A DNA stretch of 64,000 nucleotides from Eledone cirrhosa (lineage: Eukaryota): contig OZ024740.1 of the NCBI GenBank assembly GCA_964016885.1, forward strand, positions 40,548,001 through 40,612,000. The letters are read 5' to 3'. Position 1 is the first letter of the stretch. Each line of letters begins with the position of its first letter. Positions 10,801 to 25,800 of this stretch are shown piece after piece. Below the pieces are notes generated by a model. It searched no databases. It was not told where the DNA came from and saw nothing but the letters and a program-made list of their open reading frames with translations. Made by a program: the position numbers and the translations under genes.

Positions 10801-13800
10801 TTTCCGAAACACTACAAACTAGTTGAAAGGAAAGAATTCTTTCTTACACTACAATATTAAAATATATTATTTCAACAACAAACCTACATGTATAATATAA
10901 TACATATCAAGAGTCATTCTATACAGATAATATCTATACTACAATGAGACACAAAATGTTTATGTTATAATTACAGAAGCATGTTATTTTAAGAAGAAAA
11001 TGTTTAATCTGAAATTAATTTACATCAATGAAAAATAGAAATTCACAATCACAGAATCAAAATTTATCATACATATTAATCATGCAAGAAATGTGAAGTA
11101 AAAAAAAAATTAATTCACAAAAACAAATATTTAGCTTATCTTTGTTGGCTTTCATGTATTTTGTGTTATATTGTTGATCACATCTGTCAAGAAACAAAAT
11201 AGAGAGAAACAGACACACACACACACACACACATACATATATATATTTTAAACATTCTTATAATGAATGTGAATTATATCTAAAATGTTAAGAATTATAA
11301 CTTTCAAGTAGAAAACTGAAAAACACTTACAGTAAACTTTCAAACTACTCCAATTCCTTAAATGAGAATAATTTAGGAGAAAAACAATCTTATAACCTAC
11401 ATACGTAGAAAAGAATTAGGAAATTTGTTTTTTTCACATATCGATCAAGGACATTATATAAAATATTTACTTTAACACACCAAAAGACCAATAGTTAATA
11501 GAGAGGAAGGAAAAACATCTTAGCTTAGTGAACGGTTCTATCTGATCTCCTGTATGTCATCTTTACATCTGCTAATGATAGAAACTTACATACATAGCCA
11601 GAAAATAATAATATACTTAGAAGTCAATAATTTCACTGTTATATTGATATTATATATTATTTGGCATTCACACATACTAATAGAAAAGAATTGATCATAC
11701 CGCACAATTTCAATGCTTCTATCTTCAATCCATTGGATCTTGAAAAACTGCCATTATTATTGCCTAAATATTTTGGGTAAAACAAAGCATGTTTTCCTAA
11801 GCACTGCATCTTATATATCAACTGATAAGTAAAACTTGCTACTTACAGAGTAATATTCACCTTAGTTTTGTATGCTGGAATTAAAGTGTTTACAAAACAA
11901 GCCAAAATTGATGATGTGCAACACATGACAACTACTAATTTGTCTTGTTAATTATATATATTACCATACCAACATTCTCATTACAGTGATATTATCAAAA
12001 TCTTGAAACATAAGAAAATGCTATATACTAAATTGAAATTTCATTTCATTGTCTGAGTAAAATATTCAATTTACAGAAAATTAACCTCAGAAGTTAAGAA
12101 TAAAAAATTAAAAGATTTTATTATCTTACTGATAGTTGTATTTTCCTTTAATGTCGATCACATCTGCCAATAAATGAAACACAGAAACACACACACAAAC
12201 TCATTTTTAACACAAAGTTAAGCTAGGAAACACTTGTGAGAAATATATTCAAATCTAAAGAATTATGGTTTTTATGTAGAAATTAGAATACACTTACATT
12301 AATTTTTCCAACTAGTCCAATACCTTAAATGAATCAGTTGTAGAGACAAAAAAAAATATCCATAACCTTTACAGTTATGTATTGACAATATATTCTGTAT
12401 TTACTAAACGATTACAAAACTATGGTTTAAATATTCCTTAAACTATCAATTTAACATTTCAAAAGACCAACAGAAAATAGAAATGAAGATGTCTTATCTG
12501 ATGGAAATATTCTACTTTGCCCTTTTCATGTCAGCATTATATCTGCCAAGGATAAAAAATTACACAAACACACACACATATGCAGTCAAAAAGGCTACAT
12601 CAATTTTAATGCACAGAAAAGCAATTTCATGTTATATCAAAATTGTTTATCATTTTACATTCCATGTTCAAGTTATACTGACATTCACTAAAGTTGGAAA
12701 ACAGTTTCATACCAGCACAATTTCAATCTTTCTGCCTTGAATTCACATCATTTCTCTAAACACTTTCCATTTTCAGTACCTAAACCTTTTCTGTGAAACA
12801 AATAGAGCAGGTTTTCCGAAACACTACAAACTAGTTGAAAGGAAAGAATTCTTTCTTACACTACAATATTAAAATATATTATTTCAACAACAAACCTACA
12901 TGTATAATATAATACATATCAAGAGTCATTCTATACAGATAATATCTATACTACAATGAGACACAAAATGTTTATGTTATAATTACAGAAGCATGTTATT
13001 TTAAGAAGAAAATGTTTAATCTGAAATTAATTTACATCAATGAAAAATAGAAATTCACAATCACAGAATCAAAATTTATCATACATATTAATCATGCAAG
13101 AAATGTGAAGTAAAAAAAAAATTAATTCACAAAAACAAATATTTAGCTTATCTTTGTTGGCTTTCATGTATTTTGTGTTATATTGTTGATCACATCTGTC
13201 AAGAAACAAAATAGAGAGAAACAGACACACACACACACACACACATACATATATATATTTTAAACATTCTTATAATGAATGTGAATTATATCTAAAATGT
13301 TAAGAATTATAACTTTCAAGTAGAAAACTGAAAAACACTTACAGTAAACTTTCAAACTACTCCAATTCCTTAAATGAGAATAATTTAGGAGAAAAACAAT
13401 CTTATAACCTACATACGTAGAAAAGAATTAGGAAATTTGTTTTTTTCACATATCGATCAAGGACATTATATAAAATATTTACTTTAACACACCAAAAGAC
13501 CAATAGTTAATAGAGAGGAAGGAAAAACATCTTAGCTTAGTGAACGGTTCTATCTGATCTCCTGTATGTCATCTTTACATCTGCTAATGATAGAAACTTA
13601 CATACATAGCCAGAAAATAATAATATACTTAGAAGTCAATAATTTCACTGTTATATTGATATTATATATTATTTGGCATTCACACATACTAATAGAAAAG
13701 AATTGATCATACCGCACAATTTCAATGCTTCTATCTTCAATCCATTGGATCTTGAAAAACTGCCATTATTATTGCCTAAATATTTTGGGTAAAACAAAGC

Positions 13801-16800
13801 ATGTTTTCCTAAGCACTGCATCTTATATATCAACTGATAAGTAAAACTTGCTACTTACAGAGTAATATTCACCTTAGTTTTGTATGCTGGAATTAAAGTG
13901 TTTACAAAACAAGCCAAAATTGATGATGTGCAACACATGACAACTACTAATTTGTCTTGTTAATTATATATATTACCATACCAACATTCTCATTACAGTG
14001 ATATTATCAAAATCTTGAAACATAAGAAAATGCTATATACTAAATTGAAATTTCATTTCATTGTCTGAGTAAAATATTCAATTTACAGAAAATTAACCTC
14101 AGAAGTTAAGAATAAAAAATTAAAAGATTTTATTATCTTACTGATAGTTGTATTTTCCTTTAATGTCGATCACATCTGCCAATAAATGAAACACAGAAAC
14201 ACACACACAAACTCATTTTTAACACAAAGTTAAGCTAGGAAACACTTGTGAGAAATATATTCAAATCTAAAGAATTATGGTTTTTATGTAGAAATTAGAA
14301 TACACTTACATTAATTTTTCCAACTAGTCCAATACCTTAAATGAATCAGTTGTAGAGACAAAAAAAAATATCCATAACCTTTACAGTTATGTATTGACAA
14401 TATATTCTGTATTTACTAAACGATTACAAAACTATGGTTTAAATATTCCTTAAACTATCAATTTAACATTTCAAAAGACCAACAGAAAATAGAAATGAAG
14501 ATGTCTTATCTGATGGAAATATTCTACTTTGCCCTTTTCATGTCAGCATTATATCTGCCAAGGATAAAAAATTACACAAACACACACACATATGCAGTCA
14601 AAAAGGCTACATCAATTTTAATGCACAGAAAAGCAATTTCATGTTATATCAAAATTGTTTATCATTTTACATTCCATGTTCAAGTTATACTGACATTCAC
14701 TAAAGTTGGAAAACAGTTTCATACCAGCACAATTTCAATCTTTCTGCCTTGAATTCACATCATTTCTCTAAACACTTTCCATTTTCAGTACCTAAACCTT
14801 TTCTGTGAAACAAATAGAGCAGGTTTTCCGAAACACTACAAACTAGTTGAAAGGAAAGAATTCTTTCTTACACTACAATATTAAAATATATTATTTCAAC
14901 AACAAACCTACATGTATAATATAATACATATCAAGAGTCATTCTATACAGATAATATCTATACTACAATGAGACACAAAATGTTTATGTTATAATTACAG
15001 AAGCATGTTATTTTAAGAAGAAAATGTTTAATCTGAAATTAATTTACATCAATGAAAAATAGAAATTCACAATCACAGAATCAAAATTTATCATACATAT
15101 TAATCATGCAAGAAATGTGAAGTAAAAAAAAAATTAATTCACAAAAACAAATATTTAGCTTATCTTTGTTGGCTTTCATGTATTTTGTGTTATATTGTTG
15201 ATCACATCTGTCAAGAAACAAAATAGAGAGAAACAGACACACACACACACACACACATACATATATATATTTTAAACATTCTTATAATGAATGTGAATTA
15301 TATCTAAAATGTTAAGAATTATAACTTTCAAGTAGAAAACTGAAAAACACTTACAGTAAACTTTCAAACTACTCCAATTCCTTAAATGAGAATAATTTAG
15401 GAGAAAAACAATCTTATAACCTACATACGTAGAAAAGAATTAGGAAATTTGTTTTTTTCACATATCGATCAAGGACATTATATAAAATATTTACTTTAAC
15501 ACACCAAAAGACCAATAGTTAATAGAGAGGAAGGAAAAACATCTTAGCTTAGTGAACGGTTCTATCTGATCTCCTGTATGTCATCTTTACATCTGCTAAT
15601 GATAGAAACTTACATACATAGCCAGAAAATAATAATATACTTAGAAGTCAATAATTTCACTGTTATATTGATATTATATATTATTTGGCATTCACACATA
15701 CTAATAGAAAAGAATTGATCATACCGCACAATTTCAATGCTTCTATCTTCAATCCATTGGATCTTGAAAAACTGCCATTATTATTGCCTAAATATTTTGG
15801 GTAAAACAAAGCATGTTTTCCTAAGCACTGCATCTTATATATCAACTGATAAGTAAAACTTGCTACTTACAGAGTAATATTCACCTTAGTTTTGTATGCT
15901 GGAATTAAAGTGTTTACAAAACAAGCCAAAATTGATGATGTGCAACACATGACAACTACTAATTTGTCTTGTTAATTATATATATTACCATACCAACATT
16001 CTCATTACAGTGATATTATCAAAATCTTGAAACATAAGAAAATGCTATATACTAAATTGAAATTTCATTTCATTGTCTGAGTAAAATATTCAATTTACAG
16101 AAAATTAACCTCAGAAGTTAAGAATAAAAAATTAAAAGATTTTATTATCTTACTGATAGTTGTATTTTCCTTTAATGTCGATCACATCTGCCAATAAATG
16201 AAACACAGAAACACACACACAAACTCATTTTTAACACAAAGTTAAGCTAGGAAACACTTGTGAGAAATATATTCAAATCTAAAGAATTATGGTTTTTATG
16301 TAGAAATTAGAATACACTTACATTAATTTTTCCAACTAGTCCAATACCTTAAATGAATCAGTTGTAGAGACAAAAAAAAATATCCATAACCTTTACAGTT
16401 ATGTATTGACAATATATTCTGTATTTACTAAACGATTACAAAACTATGGTTTAAATATTCCTTAAACTATCAATTTAACATTTCAAAAGACCAACAGAAA
16501 ATAGAAATGAAGATGTCTTATCTGATGGAAATATTCTACTTTGCCCTTTTCATGTCAGCATTATATCTGCCAAGGATAAAAAATTACACAAACACACACA
16601 CATATGCAGTCAAAAAGGCTACATCAATTTTAATGCACAGAAAAGCAATTTCATGTTATATCAAAATTGTTTATCATTTTACATTCCATGTTCAAGTTAT
16701 ACTGACATTCACTAAAGTTGGAAAACAGTTTCATACCAGCACAATTTCAATCTTTCTGCCTTGAATTCACATCATTTCTCTAAACACTTTCCATTTTCAG

Positions 16801-19800
16801 TACCTAAACCTTTTCTGTGAAACAAATAGAGCAGGTTTTCCGAAACACTACAAACTAGTTGAAAGGAAAGAATTCTTTCTTACACTACAATATTAAAATA
16901 TATTATTTCAACAACAAACCTACATGTATAATATAATACATATCAAGAGTCATTCTATACAGATAATATCTATACTACAATGAGACACAAAATGTTTATG
17001 TTATAATTACAGAAGCATGTTATTTTAAGAAGAAAATGTTTAATCTGAAATTAATTTACATCAATGAAAAATAGAAATTCACAATCACAGAATCAAAATT
17101 TATCATACATATTAATCATGCAAGAAATGTGAAGTAAAAAAAAAATTAATTCACAAAAACAAATATTTAGCTTATCTTTGTTGGCTTTCATGTATTTTGT
17201 GTTATATTGTTGATCACATCTGTCAAGAAACAAAATAGAGAGAAACAGACACACACACACACACACACATACATATATATATTTTAAACATTCTTATAAT
17301 GAATGTGAATTATATCTAAAATGTTAAGAATTATAACTTTCAAGTAGAAAACTGAAAAACACTTACAGTAAACTTTCAAACTACTCCAATTCCTTAAATG
17401 AGAATAATTTAGGAGAAAAACAATCTTATAACCTACATACGTAGAAAAGAATTAGGAAATTTGTTTTTTTCACATATCGATCAAGGACATTATATAAAAT
17501 ATTTACTTTAACACACCAAAAGACCAATAGTTAATAGAGAGGAAGGAAAAACATCTTAGCTTAGTGAACGGTTCTATCTGATCTCCTGTATGTCATCTTT
17601 ACATCTGCTAATGATAGAAACTTACATACATAGCCAGAAAATAATAATATACTTAGAAGTCAATAATTTCACTGTTATATTGATATTATATATTATTTGG
17701 CATTCACACATACTAATAGAAAAGAATTGATCATACCGCACAATTTCAATGCTTCTATCTTCAATCCATTGGATCTTGAAAAACTGCCATTATTATTGCC
17801 TAAATATTTTGGGTAAAACAAAGCATGTTTTCCTAAGCACTGCATCTTATATATCAACTGATAAGTAAAACTTGCTACTTACAGAGTAATATTCACCTTA
17901 GTTTTGTATGCTGGAATTAAAGTGTTTACAAAACAAGCCAAAATTGATGATGTGCAACACATGACAACTACTAATTTGTCTTGTTAATTATATATATTAC
18001 CATACCAACATTCTCATTACAGTGATATTATCAAAATCTTGAAACATAAGAAAATGCTATATACTAAATTGAAATTTCATTTCATTGTCTGAGTAAAATA
18101 TTCAATTTACAGAAAATTAACCTCAGAAGTTAAGAATAAAAAATTAAAAGATTTTATTATCTTACTGATAGTTGTATTTTCCTTTAATGTCGATCACATC
18201 TGCCAATAAATGAAACACAGAAACACACACACAAACTCATTTTTAACACAAAGTTAAGCTAGGAAACACTTGTGAGAAATATATTCAAATCTAAAGAATT
18301 ATGGTTTTTATGTAGAAATTAGAATACACTTACATTAATTTTTCCAACTAGTCCAATACCTTAAATGAATCAGTTGTAGAGACAAAAAAAAATATCCATA
18401 ACCTTTACAGTTATGTATTGACAATATATTCTGTATTTACTAAACGATTACAAAACTATGGTTTAAATATTCCTTAAACTATCAATTTAACATTACAAAA
18501 GACCAACAGAAAATAGAAATGAAGATGTCTTATCTGATGGAAATATTCTACTTTGCCCTTTTCATGTCAGCATTATATCTGCCAAGGATAAAAAATTACA
18601 CAAACACACACACATATGCAGTCAAAAAGGCTACATCAATTTTAATGCACAGAAAAGCAATTTCATGTTATATTAAAATTGTTTATCATTTTACATTCCA
18701 TGTTCAAGTTATACTGACATTCACTAAAGTTGGAAAACAGTTTCATACCAGCACAATTTCAATCTTTCTGCCTTGAATCCACATCATTTCTCTAAACACT
18801 TTCCATTTTCAGTACCTAAACCTTTTCTGTGAAACAAATAGAGCATGTTTTCCGAAACACTACAAACTAGTTGAAAGGAAAGAAATCTTTCTTACACTAC
18901 AATATTCAAATATATTATTTCAACAACAAACCTACATGTATAATATAATACATATCAAGAGTCATTCTATACAGATAATATCTATACTACAATGAGACAC
19001 AAAATGTTTATGTTATAATTACAGAAGCATGTTATTTTAAGATGAAAATGTTTAATCTGAAATTAATTTACATCAATGAAAAATAGAAATTCACAATCAC
19101 AGAATCAAAATTTATCATACATATTAATCATGCAAGAAATGTGAAGTAAAAAAAAAATTAATTCACAAAAACAAATATTTAGCTTATCTTTGTTGGCTTT
19201 CATGTATTTTGTGTTATATTGTTGATCACATCTGTCAAGAAACAAAATAGAGAGAAACAGACACACACACACACACACACATACATATATATATTTTAAA
19301 CATTCTTATAATGAATGTGAATTATATCTAAAATGTTAAGAATTATAACTTTCAAGTAGAAAACTGAAAAACACTTACAGTAAACTTTCAAACTACTCCA
19401 ATTCCTTAAATGAGAATAATTTAGGAGAAAAACAATCTTATAACCTACATACGTAGAAAAGAATTAGGAAATTTGTTTTTTTCACATATCGATCAAGGAC
19501 ATTATATAAAATATTTACTTTAACACACCAAAAGACCAATAGTTAATAGAGAGGAAGGAAAAACATCTTAGCTTAGTGAACGGTTCTATCTGATCTCCTG
19601 TATGTCATCTTTACATCTGCTAATGATAGAAACTTACATACATAGCCAGAAAATAATAATATACTTAGAAGTCAATAATTTCACTGTTATATTGATATTA
19701 TATATTATTTGGCATTCACACATACTAATAGAAAAGAATTGATCATACCGCACAATTTCAATGCTTCTATCTTCAATCCATTGGATCTTGAAAAACTGCC

Positions 19801-22800
19801 ATTATTATTGCCTAAATATTTTGGGTAAAACAAAGCATGTTTTCCTAAGCACTGCATCTTATATATCAACTGATAAGTAAAACTTGCTACTTACAGAGTA
19901 ATATTCACCTTAGTTTTGTATGCTGGAATTAAAGTGTTTACAAAACAAGCCAAAATTGATGATGTGCAACACATGACAACTACTAATTTGTCTTGTTAAT
20001 TATATATATTACCATACCAACATTCTCATTACAGTGATATTATCAAAATCTTGAAACATAAGAAAATGCTATATACTAAATTGAAATTTCATTTCATTGT
20101 CTGAGTAAAATATTCAATTTACAGAAAATTAACCTCAGAAGTTAAGAATAAAAAATTAAAAGATTTTATTATCTTACTGATAGTTGTATTTTCCTTTAAT
20201 GTCGATCACATCTGCCAATAAATGAAACACAGAAACACACACACAAACTCATTTTTAACACAAAGTTAAGCTAGGAAACACTTGTGAGAAATATATTCAA
20301 ATCTAAAGAATTATGGTTTTTATGTAGAAATTAGAATACACTTACATTAATTTTTCCAACTAGTCCAATACCTTAAATGAATCAGTTGTAGAGACAAAAA
20401 AAAATATCCATAACCTTTACAGTTATGTATTGACAATATATTCTGTATTTACTAAACGATTACAAAACTATGGTTTAAATATTCCTTAAACTATCAATTT
20501 AACATTACAAAAGACCAACAGAAAATAGAAATGAAGATGTCTTATCTGATGGAAATATTCTACTTTGCCCTTTTCATGTCAGCATTATATCTGCCAAGGA
20601 TAAAAAATTACACAAACACACACACATATGCAGTCAAAAAGGCTACATCAATTTTAATGCACAGAAAAGCAATTTCATGTTATATTAAAATTGTTTATCA
20701 TTTTACATTCCATGTTCAAGTTATACTGACATTCACTAAAGTTGGAAAACAGTTTCATACCAGCACAATTTCAATCTTTCTGCCTTGAATCCACATCATT
20801 TCTCTAAACACTTTCCATTTTCAGTACCTAAACCTTTTCTGTGAAACAAATAGAGCATGTTTTCCGAAACACTACAAACTAGTTGAAAGGAAAGAAATCT
20901 TTCTTACACTACAATATTCAAATATATTATTTCAACAACAAACCTACATGTATAATATAATACATATCAAGAGTCATTCTATACAGATAATATCTATACT
21001 ACAATGAGACACAAAATGTTTATGTTATAATTACAGAAGCATGTTATTTTAAGATGAAAATGTTTAATCTGAAATTAATTTACATCAATGAAAAATAGAA
21101 ATTCACAATCACAGAATCAAAATTTATCATACATATTAATCATGCAAGAAATGTGAAGTAAAAAAAAAATTAATTCACAAAAACAAATATTTAGCTTATC
21201 TTTGTTGGCTTTCATGTATTTTGTGTTATATTGTTGATCACATCTGTCAAGAAACAAAATAGAGAGAAACAGACACACACACACACACACACATACATAT
21301 ATATATTTTAAACATTCTTATAATGAATGTGAATTATATCTAAAATGTTAAGAATTATAACTTTCAAGTAGAAAACTGAAAAACACTTACAGTAAACTTT
21401 CAAACTACTCCAATTCCTTAAATGAGAATAATTTAGGAGAAAAACAATCTTATAACCTACATACGTAGAAAAGAATTAGGAAATTTGTTTTTTTCACATA
21501 TCGATCAAGGACATTATATAAAATATTTACTTTAACACACCAAAAGACCAATAGTTAATAGAGAGGAAGGAAAAACATCTTAGCTTAGTGAACGGTTCTA
21601 TCTGATCTCCTGTATGTCATCTTTACATCTGCTAATGATAGAAACTTACATACATAGCCAGAAAATAATAATATACTTAGAAGTCAATAATTTCACTGTT
21701 ATATTGATATTATATATTATTTGGCATTCACACATACTAATAGAAAAGAATTGATCATACCGCACAATTTCAATGCTTCTATCTTCAATCCATTGGATCT
21801 TGAAAAACTGCCATTATTATTGCCTAAATATTTTGGGTAAAACAAAGCATGTTTTCCTAAGCACTGCATCTTATATATCAACTGATAAGTAAAACTTGCT
21901 ACTTACAGAGTAATATTCACCTTAGTTTTGTATGCTGGAATTAAAGTGTTTACAAAACAAGCCAAAATTGATGATGTGCAACACATGACAACTACTAATT
22001 TGTCTTGTTAATTATATATATTACCATACCAACATTCTCATTACAGTGATATTATCAAAATCTTGAAACATAAGAAAATGCTATATACTAAATTGAAATT
22101 TCATTTCATTGTCTGAGTAAAATATTCAATTTACAGAAAATTAACCTCAGAAGTTAAGAATAAAAAATTAAAAGATTTTATTATCTTACTGATAGTTGTA
22201 TTTTCCTTTAATGTCGATCACATCTGCCAATAAATGAAACACAGAAACACACACACAAACTCATTTTTAACACAAAGTTAAGCTAGGAAACACTTGTGAG
22301 AAATATATTCAAATCTAAAGAATTATGGTTTTTATGTAGAAATTAGAATACACTTACATTAATTTTTCCAACTAGTCCAATACCTTAAATGAATCAGTTG
22401 TAGAGACAAAAAAAAATATCCATAACCTTTACAGTTATGTATTGACAATATATTCTGTATTTACTAAACGATTACAAAACTATGGTTTAAATATTCCTTA
22501 AACTATCAATTTAACATTTCAAAAGACCAACAGAAAATAGAAATGAAGATGTCTTATCTGATGGAAATATTCTACTTTGCCCTTTTCATGTCAGCATTAT
22601 ATCTGCCAAGGATAAAAAATTACACAAACACACACACATATGCAGTCAAAAAGGCTACATCAATTTTAATGCACAGAAAAGCAATTTCATGTTATATCAA
22701 AATTGTTTATCATTTTACATTCCATGTTCAAGTTATACTGACATTCACTAAAGTTGGAAAACAGTTTCATGCCAGCACAATTTCAATCTTTCTGCCTTGA

Positions 22801-25800
22801 ATTCACATCATTTCTCTAAACACTTTCCATTTTCAGTACCTAAACCTTTTCTGTGAAACAAATAGAGCAGGTTTTCCGAAACACTACAAACTAGTTGAAA
22901 GGAAAGAATTCTTTCTTACACTACAATATTAAAATATATTATTTCAACAACAAACCTACATGTATAATATAATACATATCAAGAGTCATTCTATACAGAT
23001 AATATCTATACTACAATGAGACACAAAATGTTTATGTTATAATTACAGAAGCATGTTATTTTAAGAAGAAAATGTTTAATCTGAAATTAATTTACATCAA
23101 TGAAAAATAGAAATTCACAATCACAGAATCAAAATTTATCATACATATTAATCATGCAAGAAATGTGAAGTAAAAAAAAATTAATTCACAAAAACAAATA
23201 TTTAGCTTATCTTTGTTGGCTTTCATGTATTTTGTGTTATATTGTTGATCACATCTGTCAAGAAACAAAATAGAGAGAAACAGACACACACACACACACA
23301 CACATACATATATATATTTTAAACATTCTTATAATGAATGTGAATTATATCTAAAATGTTAAGAATTATAACTTTCAAGTAGAAAACTGAAAAACACTTA
23401 CAGTAAACTTTCAAACTACTCCAATTCCTTAAATGAGAATAATTTAGGAGAAAAACAATCTTATAACCTACATACGTAGAAAAGAATTAGGAAATTTGTT
23501 TTTTTCACATATCGATCAAGGACATTATATAAAATATTTACTTTAACACACCAAAAGACCAATAGTTAATAGAGAGGAAGGAAAAACATCTTAGCTTAGT
23601 GAACGGTTCTATCTGATCTCCTGTATGTCATCTTTACATCTGCTAATGATAGAAACTTACATACATAGCCAGAAAATAATAATATACTTAGAAGTCAATA
23701 ATTTCACTGTTATATTGATATTATATATTATTTGGCATTCACACATACTAATAGAAAAGAATTGATCATACCGCACAATTTCAATGCTTCTATCTTCAAT
23801 CCATTGGATCTTGAAAAACTGCCATTATTATTGCCTAAATATTTTGGGTAAAACAAAGCATGTTTTCCTAAGCACTGCATCTTATATATCAACTGATAAG
23901 TAAAACTTGCTACTTACAGAGTAATATTCACCTTAGTTTTGTATGCTGGAATTAAAGTGTTTACAAAACAAGCCAAAATTGATGATGTGCAACACATGAC
24001 AACTACTAATTTGTCTTGTTAATTATATATATTACCATACCAACATTCTAATTACAGTGATATTATCAAAATCTTGAAACATAAGAAAATGCTATATACT
24101 AAATTGAAATTTCATTTCATTGTCTGAGTAAAATATTCAATTTACAGAAAATTAACCTCAGAAGTTAAGAATAAAAAATTAAAAGATTTTATTATCTTAC
24201 TGATAGTTGTATTTTCCTTTAATGTCGATCACATCTGCCAATAAATGAAACACAGAAACACACACACAAACTCATTTTTAACACAAAGTTAAGCTAGGAA
24301 ACACTTGTGAGAAATATATTCAAATCTAAAGAATTATGGTTTTTATGTAGAAATTAGAATACACTTACATTAATTTTTCCAACTAGTCCAATACCTTAAA
24401 TGAATCAGTTGTAGAGACAAAAAAAAATATCCATAACCTTTACAGTTATGTATTGACAATATATTCTGTATTTACTAAACGATTACAAAACTATGGTTTA
24501 AATATTCCTTAAACTATCAATTTAACATTACAAAAGACCAACAGAAAATAGAAATGAAGATGTCTTATCTGATGGAAATATTCTACTTTGCCCTTTTCAT
24601 GTCAGCATTATATCTGCCAAGGATAAAAAATTACACAAACACACACACATATGCAGTCAAAAAGGCTACATCAATTTTAATGCACAGAAAAGCAATTTCA
24701 TGTTATATTAAAATTGTTTATCATTTTACATTCCATGTTCAAGTTATACTGACATTCACTAAAGTTGGAAAACAGTTTCATACCAGCACAATTTCAATCT
24801 TTCTGCCTTGAATCCACATCATTTCTCTAAACACTTTCCATTTTCAGTACCTAAACCTTTTCTGTGAAACAAATAGAGCATGTTTTCCGAAACACTACAA
24901 ACTAGTTGAAAGGAAAGAAATCTTTCTTACACTACAATATTCAAATATATTATTTCAACAACAAACCTACATGTATAATATAATACATATCAAGAGTCAT
25001 TCTATACAGATAATATCTATACTACAATGAGACACAAAATGTTTATGTTATAATTACAGAAGCATGTTATTTTAAGATGAAAATGTTTAATCTGAAATTA
25101 ATTTACATCAATGAAAAATAGAAATTCACAATCACAGAATCAAAATTTATCATACATATTAATCATGCAAGAAATGTGAAGTAAAAAAAAAATTAATTCA
25201 CAAAAACAAATATTTAGCTTATCTTTGTTGGCTTTCATGTATTTTGTGTTATATTGTTGATCACATCTGTCAAGAAACAAAATAGAGAGAAACAGACACA
25301 CACACACACACACACATACATATATATATTTTAAACATTCTTATAATGAATGTGAATTATATCTAAAATGTTAAGAATTATAACTTTCAAGTAGAAAACT
25401 GAAAAACACTTACAGTAAACTTTCAAACTACTCCAATTCCTTAAATGAGAATAATTTAGGAGAAAAACAATCTTATAACCTACATACGTAGAAAAGAATT
25501 AGGAAATTTGTTTTTTTCACATATCTATCAAGGACATTATATAAAATATTTACTTTAACACACCAAAAGACCAATAGTTAATAGAGAGGAAGGAAAAACA
25601 TCTTAGCTTAGTGAACGGTTCTATCTGATCTCCTGTATGTCATCTTTACATCTGCTAATGATAGAAACTTACATACATAGCCAGAAAATAATAATATACT
25701 TAGAAGTCAATAATTTCACTGTTATATTGATATTATATATTATTTGGCATTCACACATACTAATAGAAAAGAATTGATCATACCGCACAATTTCAATGCT